IMG/VR virus record: IMGVR_UViG_3300024054_000269
Span: 1-64,000 of that record
Strand: one strand, 5' to 3'
DNA from: a virus
DNA: 64,000 bases
This document shows, piece by piece, positions 18,840 through 26,776 of the stretch. A program made the position numbers and the translations under genes. The notes under the pieces were generated by a model. The model did not search any database. It saw nothing but the letters and a program-made list of their open reading frames with translations, and had not been told where the DNA came from. Position 1 is the stretch's first letter. Each line of letters begins with the position of its first letter.

Positions 18840-19018
18840 ATGAATTCTGTAATCATCCAATAAGACACATAAACTGTTACTGTTATTAATCTATAATCAT
18901 CAAAAAATTTTAAATTCTGTAATCATCAAATTTTAACAGAAAATGTACTACTAAATAGTATTGGAATTAGATTGTAAATAAAATTTAATTGGTTGATTTG
19001 GGTGATTACAGAATTCAT
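18840..19018. repeat. 21-bp imperfect inverted repeat with internal direct copy
   Basis: ATGAATTCTGTAATCATCCAA (18840-18860) vs reverse complement of 18998-19018 (20/21); AATTCTGTAATCATC repeated at 18913-18927. Confidence 0.8.
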
Positions 19019-20671
19019 AGAATGTTAATCACCCAGTATAGTCATAAAATGGAAGCTCAAACATGTGTTGGTTGTTTTGTTGAAAAACCACTATCTGATT
19101 ATTTCAATAATGCAATTAAGAAAAATGGTAAAGATTCAAAATGCAAAGTATGTAGAAAATTAAGAAACAAAGAATGGTCAAAAGATAATGAAGAAAAATG
19201 CAAGTCAATACGGAAAGCATATTATGAAAAAACTTATTGGGATAATAGAGAAAAACGAAAAATAAGATATCAACTTGAACATGATAAAATATTAGAACAA
19301 AAACGTGAGTATGTGTCAAGAACAAGAGAAGAAAGGAAGAAATATCTAAAAGACTATAGAAATAGAAATAAAGATGAACTACAAATTCTCAGTAAATTGA
19401 ATAAACGATTCATAATTGATGGGGTATTGGATTTACTTGGTCCAATATGCATTGATTGTGGTGAATTGAACAGGCATTTTTTGACAGTTGACCATAAATT
19501 GAACAATGGGAACGAAGAGAGACACCTGAGCAGTATTGGATGGAAAAGGAGAATATTAAATGGTCAATCAAATAAAGATGATTATCAAATTTTATGTTTT
19601 AATTGCAATTTAGGTAAATATAGATTAAACCCAACAAACCATCAAAAAGGTAGACAAATTATTGGTGAATTAATACTATGTCCGAAATGTTTGTTTGAAA
19701 AAGATCGATCAGAATTTTCCAATGATTTATCTAAGAACAGATCTTGTTTTGAATGTCAGCGATTTATGGACACTTTTGTTAAAGTTAAAACAATAAATTT
19801 TGTTGGAGGTAAATGTGCATGTTGTGGAATGTCAGAACCACATAAATTAACAATTGATCATATTAAAGGTGATGGATGGTATAGAAGAAAATTTTTGAGT
19901 GAAGGTTCTGGCGTTGATTTTTATAAAAAAATCTTGAACCATACTATAGATTCTAAAGGTTTTCAAATCTTGTGTTGGAATTGCAATATGAGTAAACACA
20001 TAAATAATGGTGTTTGTTTGCACCAAATGCTATTTAAATCAGAAAAATTAAACAGAAATAGACCAACGCTGACCAAAAATAACAATAGCTCTGAAAATAA
20101 AGATTTTAATTTTATTAATATCACAATAATTAAGGGTTCTAACCTCCAGTCAAAGAAATTGTTCAAAGATTATCACTACAACAAATTCGGGCGCCCTCAA
20201 ACCGCTATCTATTCAGCCATTCTTGACGATAAAGTCATTGCAGCTGTCAAATTTTGTACGCCAGTTAGGTTAGAGGTTGCAACGACGCTTGGCTATGAAT
20301 ATAAAGATGTAATTGAGCTTGATCGATTTTGTATTCATCCTGAATATCAGAAAAAGAATTTTGCATCTTGGCTAATGTCGCGTGTGGTCAAACAGTTTAA
20401 AACTGACTTTCCTGACATCAAGGCTTTAGTTTCATTTGCTGATACTCGTTTTGGTCATGTTGGTACTATTTATAAGGCTTCAAATTGGAAGGAACTTGGT
20501 CAAACTTCACCAAGTTACGTCTACGTCGATCTTGATGGCAATGAAATAAACAAGAAAACTCTATATGGTTATGCAAAACGTAGAAACATGAAAGAACGTG
20601 AGTGTGCTGACCGGCTCGGTCTCAAGAAAGTGCCGACGCCGCCAAAAATCAAATATATTTACGAACTTTAA
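18989..20671 (+). CDS. Tandem HNH-like endonuclease domains fused to Mom-like GNAT domain
   Basis: CIDCG..LTVDH..N..ILCFNCN and CACCG..LTIDH..ILCWNCN; C-terminal IELDRF, SFADTRFGHVGTIYKASNW as in Mu Mom; likely start ATG 19049 (TATAGT 6 nt upstream). Confidence 0.75.
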   Translation: MVDLGDYRIHRMLITQYSHKMEAQTCVGCFVEKPLSDYFNNAIKKNGKDSKCKVCRKLRNKEWSKDNEEKCKSIRKAYYEKTYWDNREKRKIRYQLEHDKILEQKREYVSRTREERKKYLKDYRNRNKDELQILSKLNKRFIIDGVLDLLGPICIDCGELNRHFLTVDHKLNNGNEERHLSSIGWKRRILNGQSNKDDYQILCFNCNLGKYRLNPTNHQKGRQIIGELILCPKCLFEKDRSEFSNDLSKNRSCFECQRFMDTFVKVKTINFVGGKCACCGMSEPHKLTIDHIKGDGWYRRKFLSEGSGVDFYKKILNHTIDSKGFQILCWNCNMSKHINNGVCLHQMLFKSEKLNRNRPTLTKNNNSSENKDFNFINITIIKGSNLQSKKLFKDYHYNKFGRPQTAIYSAILDDKVIAAVKFCTPVRLEVATTLGYEYKDVIELDRFCIHPEYQKKNFASWLMSRVVKQFKTDFPDIKALVSFADTRFGHVGTIYKASNWKELGQTSPSYVYVDLDGNEINKKTLYGYAKRRNMKERECADRLGLKKVPTPPKIKYIYEL

Positions 20672-20952
20672 TGTATTATCACGTTATGGCTAAATTTGTT
20701 TATGTAGTTTATAAACCAGAACAGAGTTGGCTTGACATTCGAAAAGATGGTATAAATTTTAATGTTCTTGAAATGATTGCTGATTTTCCTGAATCTAGAC
20801 GTGATGAATTGATCAACAATCCTGAAAAATATTTGGACAGGGTCTTTGGTGATAGACTTATTTATTGGTCATTTATTCCTGATTTGAAATATAAAGAATA
20901 TGAAAAAACCCTAAATAACCTAAAAATTTGTAGTGAGATCTTAGAGGCGTAA
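20671..20952 (+). CDS. Small hypothetical protein
   Basis: 93 aa ending SEILEA. Confidence 0.55.
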   Translation: MYYHVMAKFVYVVYKPEQSWLDIRKDGINFNVLEMIADFPESRRDELINNPEKYLDRVFGDRLIYWSFIPDLKYKEYEKTLNNLKICSEILEA

Positions 20953-20953
20953 T

Positions 20954-21379
20954 ATGATTCATACTATAAATTTTCCAGTTTATATAGAAGATTGTGATCA
21001 GTTTTGGAAAAAAGTAACGGACGTGACAAACGTTCCCGAGTCTCTTCTTATCGATAAATTCCAAAAAGCGCTGGGAGATTTTATTATGTCAAATCCTAAT
21101 TTTGTGCCAGATTTAATGAAACCTACAGTAATAAATTTCGTTGACGCTAATGGATGTGAATGGAGTTCTGGTTATAAATTCTTTGACAAAGATGAAATTT
21201 CGTGCAGTGAGGTACTTGAAGAATCCCAACCTTGTTCTGCCATCGTTAAATCTTATGAAATTTTCATAAAGAAAAGATACGCAGTCATCCAAAGGGCCTT
21301 TAATTTACTAAAACTCAAACGAGACCCAAATTTGTATAGCCAACTAAATTTGGTTCAGATTATTTTTCATAGCATTTGA
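20954..21379 (+). CDS. Hypothetical protein
   Basis: 141-aa ORF converging on the CRISPR array. Confidence 0.55.
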   Translation: MIHTINFPVYIEDCDQFWKKVTDVTNVPESLLIDKFQKALGDFIMSNPNFVPDLMKPTVINFVDANGCEWSSGYKFFDKDEISCSEVLEESQPCSAIVKSYEIFIKKRYAVIQRAFNLLKLKRDPNLYSQLNLVQIIFHSI

Positions 21380-21401
21380 ACGCTTCGAAGTCATGCGTCT
21401 C

Positions 21402-21585
21402 GTTCCGGCTTTTTAGTTGCCGGACAAACTTTGATACCCCGTGAAGTCTCCGCCGTTCCACTTCTGGAGGTCGCGTTCCGGCTTTTGAGTTGCCGGACAA
21501 ACTTTGATACCTTGGCGTCGCCGAACGTTGGCTTCATGCCCTCCAACTCGTTCCGGCTTTTGAGTTGCCGGACAAACTTTGATAC
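21402..21585 (-). CRISPR. CRISPR array: 3 x 36-nt repeats, 2 full spacers (37 and 39 nt)
   Basis: Minus-strand repeat GTATCAAAGTTTGTCCGGCAACTCAAAAGCCGGAAC at 21550-21585, 21475-21510, 21402-21437 (last has one change); TCCGGC/GCCGGA hairpin at 3' end; could be 37 nt since a G follows each copy. Confidence 0.93.
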
Positions 21586-21591
21586 AATCAT

Positions 21592-23553
21592 TCACGATGA
21601 AAGCGTTTCTAGTGCTGTTTCGTTGGCGTTTTGCGAGATATTCTTATTTGATTTCGTATTAACATTCCTTTCTTGGTTTTTCAGTTGTTTTTCAGATGGT
21701 CCGTTAGGCTTGCGAGAAACTCCTGGGTTTGGAGAACCATTTGATTGCTCGCAACGTTTCAACAAAATATGGCAGGCATTTTCATCTTGATCCCAATATT
21801 TTTCACAGTTTGAGCATTGGAGAACCAAAATTTCTTGATTTTTCCATTTATTAATGTGTCCGCACAAATGACATTCCCTGGTTGTATTCTCTGGATCAAC
21901 CTTTATAATATTTGGTTTACCAAAAGCTTGAATTAACTCTAAACGAAGCTCACCAGGTGATCCAATTGACATAATGCAATGCGTATAATCTTTCGGGTTT
22001 TCATTCTCTGGGGTCGAGTTTTTTATAAATTTTCTAAGATCCATATCCTCAACAACTAATGTTTTATATCTTTGTGATAAATTAGAAGCTATGTTTCTGT
22101 ACAAATGTTGACGATTCGATATTGTCTTTTTGCGTTGATCGGCTGCCCATTGAATCAAATGCCGGTCTTTACGGCGCCAAAGTTCTAAATAAAACAACAG
22201 TTGAGTGGCTTGGTCTTTAATCCCAGCCAAATTCGCCCACGTAAATATTTCGTCCTTTGTCGCAAATAAATCTAATTTAGACGAAAATCGATAATTTTTC
22301 CAATCAGAACAAATTTTAAAAATAAGATCTTTGTCTGATTCAGTTAACCATCGATTAACAATCGAGGCTAATTTGCCATGCATTCTCCACTGCGAGATAT
22401 TTAACGTTGCTTCTGGCATCCAATTTGGCAAACCTGAAAGTTTAGATTTAATGGCTTCTGACAAAATTGATAAAGCAACATTAAAAAATTCATCTGAGTA
22501 ACCAATTAATTTAGACGAATGCTCTAAAGCCGTTTGAATGTGATTAGGAACTAAAATTTCTTGCTTGAACCCATCATTTCCAACCACGAATCCGACTCTT
22601 ATACCATCAGGACGAACACGCCAACCAAGATCGAACGCTATTGCACCGCTAGTTGGCCTGACTTTTACGAATTCATTTGATTCGAGTGTTAGTTGTAGTT
22701 CAAATTCAGTATGAAGACCAATTCTACGGGTTGAAATCCAAGCCCAAGTAATGATTGCATCATCTGGCAATTTTCTATGCAAAGTTATTGGAAATTCGGC
22801 CCAAATTGGATTTCGTGACTTGTCTGAACCAACTCGAATTCTGACTTTTGACCTTGATAAAGGCGGCCTTACTTTTTGCTTACCATTTTTAATAAAATAA
22901 GCCTCAGGCGAAACCGGGTTGATCTGAATCATAGTTGATTTTTGATCAAAAATATCTTTTACGGTCGGTTTGTTTTGTAGCTGAACACCAATACGACCAT
23001 TTCCATCCCAACGGTGAAATTTTTGATCAGCTTGAGATGACTTGGAAGATTCTACCGCCTTTTCAATTAAGAGATAAGTTCCAAAATAAACTCCACATTT
23101 TGATCTAGCCAATTTAACTTTCTCAAGCATATCAGAAGTCAGTTTTTTATCGGCAGCTTCCAAAACTTCATTTGAATTTGCTTCATCACGTGCTTGTTTA
23201 AGTGACTCGTAAACTTGTTTCTTTTCGGCTTTCAAGTCGGAAATATGCTTTTGTAGTTCAAGATTTGAAACGCGTTTTCGAACTGATTTTCTAATTGACC
23301 TAAGTTCATCAATTGCTTTATCAAGCCTTTCTGAAACGTCTTTATATTTAACTTCAAATTCGGCTAAGTTTGGACACAATGAAGAACGCACAGTACGATA
23401 GGCTGAGCGTCTTTCTTGTTCTATTTGAACAAGATCGTTGTAATATTTATGTGCAAGTTTTAATTGCTCCCAAACAATTTGGGCATTTGAGGTTGGGCGT
23501 TTGCAACTAAATGACCAGACTCGGACTGGCAAATCTGACATTCTACGACGCAT
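21592..23553 (-). CDS. cas12m: Type V CRISPR effector, Cas12m (V-U1/C2c4)-like, TnpB-derived; RuvC triad appears intact
   Basis: LAHKYYNDLVQIE, FHRWDGNGRIGVQLQ, VRIRVGS..PIWAEFPITLHRKLP resemble V-U1 proteins; RuvC-I AFD308LGWR, RuvC-II VVE502DM, CxxC..CxxC zinc finger, RuvC-III QD590ENA; array 6 nt downstream. Confidence 0.82.
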   Translation of the reverse strand: MRRRMSDLPVRVWSFSCKRPTSNAQIVWEQLKLAHKYYNDLVQIEQERRSAYRTVRSSLCPNLAEFEVKYKDVSERLDKAIDELRSIRKSVRKRVSNLELQKHISDLKAEKKQVYESLKQARDEANSNEVLEAADKKLTSDMLEKVKLARSKCGVYFGTYLLIEKAVESSKSSQADQKFHRWDGNGRIGVQLQNKPTVKDIFDQKSTMIQINPVSPEAYFIKNGKQKVRPPLSRSKVRIRVGSDKSRNPIWAEFPITLHRKLPDDAIITWAWISTRRIGLHTEFELQLTLESNEFVKVRPTSGAIAFDLGWRVRPDGIRVGFVVGNDGFKQEILVPNHIQTALEHSSKLIGYSDEFFNVALSILSEAIKSKLSGLPNWMPEATLNISQWRMHGKLASIVNRWLTESDKDLIFKICSDWKNYRFSSKLDLFATKDEIFTWANLAGIKDQATQLLFYLELWRRKDRHLIQWAADQRKKTISNRQHLYRNIASNLSQRYKTLVVEDMDLRKFIKNSTPENENPKDYTHCIMSIGSPGELRLELIQAFGKPNIIKVDPENTTRECHLCGHINKWKNQEILVLQCSNCEKYWDQDENACHILLKRCEQSNGSPNPGVSRKPNGPSEKQLKNQERNVNTKSNKNISQNANETALETLSS

Positions 23554-23558
23554 TTAAC

Positions 23559-23566
23559 AAATTACA
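23559..23566 (-). promoter_or_regulatory. TG-TAATTT -10 box 5 nt upstream of the cas ATG (leaderless)
   Basis: Same TAnnnT-N5-ATG geometry as many other genes here. Confidence 0.55.
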
Positions 23567-23596
23567 TTAGGGTCAAATAAATTTACAATTTTAGTA

Positions 23597-24289
23597 TTGT
23601 TGAACATGACAGTCATAGCTGTAGTCAATAAATCAAAACGTGTGACATCGTCGGAAATTAAACGTATGGTAAATGCCTGTAATATTCAAGTCAAACGAGA
23701 CGTTGCACCAATTTGGGATGCCACCCCATGGTCGGTTAAATACTACGAAAATAAATTACCAAAAAATTCAATATCAATAGTAATATTTGACAATGCCGAT
23801 GAAGCTGACACTTTAGGATATCATAGTGAAACGCCAGATGGTAAACGATATGGACGTGTATTTGTGAATCCAATATTGAGATCGGGCGGTGATATATTAT
23901 CTAAACCAAACAGCGTGTCAGTAACATTGTCGCATGAAGTGTTGGAAGCATTTATAGACCCAGATATCAATTTATGGGCTGAGGATGACAAAGGACGAAT
24001 GTGGGCGTATGAAATTTGCGACCCAGTCGAAGCAACATCATACCGTATAGCTAACGTAGCCGTTTCAAATTTTGTAACGCGTTTGTGGTTTGACTCTGAA
24101 AATCAGCCAGGATCAAAATTTGATTATTTACAGCTTACAAAGCGAGCTTTCCAGGTTCTACCAGATGGTTATGCAGTATGCCGCGCAGGAAATCAAAAAG
24201 AACAAATTGTTTGGGGCAAAAAATATCCAAAATATAAAAAATTAGCAAAACGCCACCCAGCAGCCAGAACAGCACAACGTCATTTTTGA
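23597..24289 (+). CDS. Putative zincin-like metalloprotein
   Basis: LGYH, SHEVLE (HExxE), YEICDPVE; probable start ATG 23606. Confidence 0.5.
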   Translation: MLNMTVIAVVNKSKRVTSSEIKRMVNACNIQVKRDVAPIWDATPWSVKYYENKLPKNSISIVIFDNADEADTLGYHSETPDGKRYGRVFVNPILRSGGDILSKPNSVSVTLSHEVLEAFIDPDINLWAEDDKGRMWAYEICDPVEATSYRIANVAVSNFVTRLWFDSENQPGSKFDYLQLTKRAFQVLPDGYAVCRAGNQKEQIVWGKKYPKYKKLAKRHPAARTAQRHF

Positions 24290-24295
24290 ATTTTT

Positions 24296-24832
24296 TTGAT
24301 AGATATAAATATGTTAAGCAAAATTGCGAACAAGATTGCGAACAAAATAGCACAAGATCATACAAAAAGCGACTTAAAAGATCTAATCACTAAGATCGTT
24401 TCGTTCGGTTACAAACCGATTATTGGGTTGATGGAACTTGGAGGCGGAAGTGTGTATGATGTTTGGGCTTTGTCAAAAAATCCAGACGCTTGGGAACCGT
24501 ATAAGGGCAACAGATACGTTAAAAACTCAGAAAGTTACGTTATTGGATATGAATATAATGATGAATTGACTTCACAAAATATGGCTGAGGAGATGATTTA
24601 CGAAGAAACTAGCCAAGATTGGCTTCTAGAAGGTGAAAAATCAAAAGAAGTGAATACTGAGAAGTATAGATTGATACCCATTGGTAATTTAATCTCCAGA
24701 ATTGAAGGGCATCCAGGTACTTTAGAAAGAATAAAAGACATACTGTCAGCAGTCGATCCAGAATTAAGTCAAACTGCGGAAGTTTTGGAAAAAGATATTG
24801 AATATTGGTCTGAAATCAGACTAGACAAGTAG
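24296..24832 (+). CDS. Hypothetical protein with N-terminal KIANKIANKIA repeat
   Basis: 178-aa ORF; 12-nt tandem repeat near start. Confidence 0.6.
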   Translation: MIDINMLSKIANKIANKIAQDHTKSDLKDLITKIVSFGYKPIIGLMELGGGSVYDVWALSKNPDAWEPYKGNRYVKNSESYVIGYEYNDELTSQNMAEEMIYEETSQDWLLEGEKSKEVNTEKYRLIPIGNLISRIEGHPGTLERIKDILSAVDPELSQTAEVLEKDIEYWSEIRLDK

Positions 24833-24833
24833 A

Positions 24834-24841
24834 TGTAAGTT
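24834..24841 (+). promoter_or_regulatory. TG-TAAGTT -10 box directly upstream of the degenerate array
   Basis: TAAGTT at 24836-24841; N5 spacing puts +1 near 24847, inside the degenerate 5' end of repeat 1. Confidence 0.5.
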
Positions 24842-24842
24842 A

Positions 24843-25068
24843 ATTTTGAAATTTGTCTGGCAATTCAAAGGCCAGAACGATGAGCCAAGGCGTTAAAGCT
24901 TGTTCGGTAGCCAAAAAACCGGAACACTTGTGCCCGTTTCTATCAAAGTTTGTTCGGTAACTCAAAAACCGGAACTACTGAGTACAAGTCATAAACCTAT
25001 CCGGTGGTTCAAAAACCGGAGCCACTTGTAGATGATTTAAGCTTGTCTAGTAGCTAAAAAACTAGAAC
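24843..25068 (+). CRISPR. Degenerate mini-spacer CRISPR-like array: five variant copies of the Cas12m-array repeat, 10-14 nt apart
   Basis: 36-nt units at 24843, 24890, 24940, 24987, 25033; unit 3 CTATCAAAGTTTGTTCGGTAACTCAAAAACCGGAAC is 32/36 identical to the canonical repeat; 6-bp stem and 9-nt loop kept in all five. Confidence 0.88.
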
Positions 25069-25078
25069 CGAACCTGCA

Positions 25079-25570
25079 TCACGATTCAATCATTTCCTTT
25101 GATAATTGTTCATTAACAAATTTCAATAATTCTGATCTTACATATGCACCGGCTTTTCTTAATTTTGGTCTGTGGGTCAATCTTCGACGTCTTCTACATG
25201 CCGCGAAAAAATGACCAGAAGTTGGCTTTGTTGAATAATCAATATAGTATATGTTTTGGTTTTGGTTTTGGTTTTGGTCAGCGTGTATGTCAACGCGAAT
25301 TAATAATGAATATTTTGATATTAATATTTGTATCACGCCTAGTTTTTGATTTAATTTATATTTTATGATATGATTTCCGCATGTCTGATTCGGTATAACT
25401 GATAATGGGTGTTTGTCAATTGATTTTATGAATGCCTTTATTCCATTTTCATGTTTCATGTTTCTGATAAATGCCACGATTTTGATTTTGTAACAGTCAG
25501 CCTGATCTCTGTGCGTCGCCATCGTGGCTTCACGTGCGCGGAGGATTTGAGGCCCAAATTTATTGTACAT
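25079..25570 (-). CDS. Hypothetical protein
   Basis: 163 aa, QN repeat, ends KEMIES; TACCAT-N5-ATG. Confidence 0.55.
   Translation of the reverse strand: MYNKFGPQILRAREATMATHRDQADCYKIKIVAFIRNMKHENGIKAFIKSIDKHPLSVIPNQTCGNHIIKYKLNQKLGVIQILISKYSLLIRVDIHADQNQNQNQNIYYIDYSTKPTSGHFFAACRRRRRLTHRPKLRKAGAYVRSELLKFVNEQLSKEMIES
25253..25276. repeat. (GTTTTG)4 hexamer repeat encoding QNQNQNQN on minus strand
   Basis: Visible directly. Confidence 0.85.
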
Positions 25571-25591
25571 TGATGATGGTAAAATTTACAT

Positions 25592-26008
25592 ATGAATTAT
25601 TATAAAGCAAGACAACGTGAATCAGATCAACGTTGGGATTACACATGTTCAAATAAAAGAACAGGTTGTTATCCTGTTGGGTATTGCCATGAATGGAGAG
25701 ATTGGTCAGAAAATCTTAAAAACAGCAAAGAATATGAAAAATATTTACAATTTAAACATAAACATCACTCAGATGGTCATGCCACAGCTGAAGAATCTGA
25801 AGGTTGCTACAAGGAATATTTAATAGATCATAGATTAAATTTGGACATGAAATTTAATAACATGCAAAGAAAGTGTGAAGTCTGTCAGTCTTATACAGAA
25901 AGTTTTGCTGAAATCGATGGTATTTCGATTGTACTTTGTAATGAACATAGAAGTTTAGAAGAAGTAAAAAAACGGTTTCAAGTCCATGAAAGTTGGAGTT
26001 CATATTGA
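25592..26008 (+). CDS. Hypothetical Cys/His-containing protein
   Basis: 138 aa; CxxC near C-terminus. Confidence 0.6.
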   Translation: MNYYKARQRESDQRWDYTCSNKRTGCYPVGYCHEWRDWSENLKNSKEYEKYLQFKHKHHSDGHATAEESEGCYKEYLIDHRLNLDMKFNNMQRKCEVCQSYTESFAEIDGISIVLCNEHRSLEEVKKRFQVHESWSSY

Positions 26009-26328
26009 AAACTATTGAAGTTGAAGATACCGATTTTGTGATTGTTTATAAAGGACCAATGGTTGGTTTAACTAAATGTTATATGGGTAATAAACAATTA
26101 TCATTGATAACCGCTTTGAGCTTTAGTACATTAGGTAAAACTTTTTACCCAGAAGTAAAAATAGAATTTGCTGGTAACACTGGTAATTTCGACCCTGACA
26201 TCGTTGGTAACCAAATAATAAATAGAATTTTTAAATTTTATGATATATTTCATAAACTTCCAGGTTTTGAAATAGAGTCACCAATTTTGGATGATTATGT
26301 CAAAACTAAAGAAGTAGTCGATTCATGA
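25993..26328 (+). CDS. Small hypothetical protein
   Basis: 111 aa ending KEVVDS. Confidence 0.55.
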   Translation: MEFILKTIEVEDTDFVIVYKGPMVGLTKCYMGNKQLSLITALSFSTLGKTFYPEVKIEFAGNTGNFDPDIVGNQIINRIFKFYDIFHKLPGFEIESPILDDYVKTKEVVDS

Positions 26329-26727
26329 TTCTAGCAATTCTTTAGTATTTCTTATATCTCGTAATTCTTTCTCAATCCTCAATAATTGTTCCGGTTCAAG
26401 TGCTTCAACTAAACCATATTTTGGTTTGTATTCTTTTTTAAATTTATACGTTGGTGTTTTACCAAACATGTTCGTGACAAATTCTTCTGGTATGTTGTAT
26501 TTTCTTGCGAAATTTAGTGACTTTATTCTTAGTTCTTTATGCATTTGTCTTCTAAATATTTGATATTTTTGCTTTTTTGGAAGTTTGTTTATGCGTTTGA
26601 ACACATTCCAGTGGCTTCCGTAAAAATCAACAATAAAATCAGAATTGTCAGATATCCATATTACATTTTCAACTTTTAGGATAAGGTTCTTTGTAATTAT
26701 CTTCAAATATTTTTTAGTATCATCCAC
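26323..26727 (-). CDS. Small hypothetical protein
   Basis: 134 aa ending KELLES; TATTAT-N5-GTG. Confidence 0.6.
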   Translation of the reverse strand: MDDTKKYLKIITKNLILKVENVIWISDNSDFIVDFYGSHWNVFKRINKLPKKQKYQIFRRQMHKELRIKSLNFARKYNIPEEFVTNMFGKTPTYKFKKEYKPKYGLVEALEPEQLLRIEKELRDIRNTKELLES

Positions 26728-26776
26728 ATAAAATAATACACATGAAAGTATTAAATTTTCTGGTGTATTGTAATGT

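Noticed and set aside
21391-21790. ORF-track entries 21391..21591, 21413..21595 and 21431..21790
   Set aside because: They are translations of the CRISPR array or antisense to the cas gene; the repeated peptides come from the repeats
21592-23553. Treating the effector as an IS200/IS605/IS607 TnpB element
   Set aside because: No tnpA or resolvase nearby, no evident IS ends, V-U1-specific motifs present and a bona fide array is adjacent
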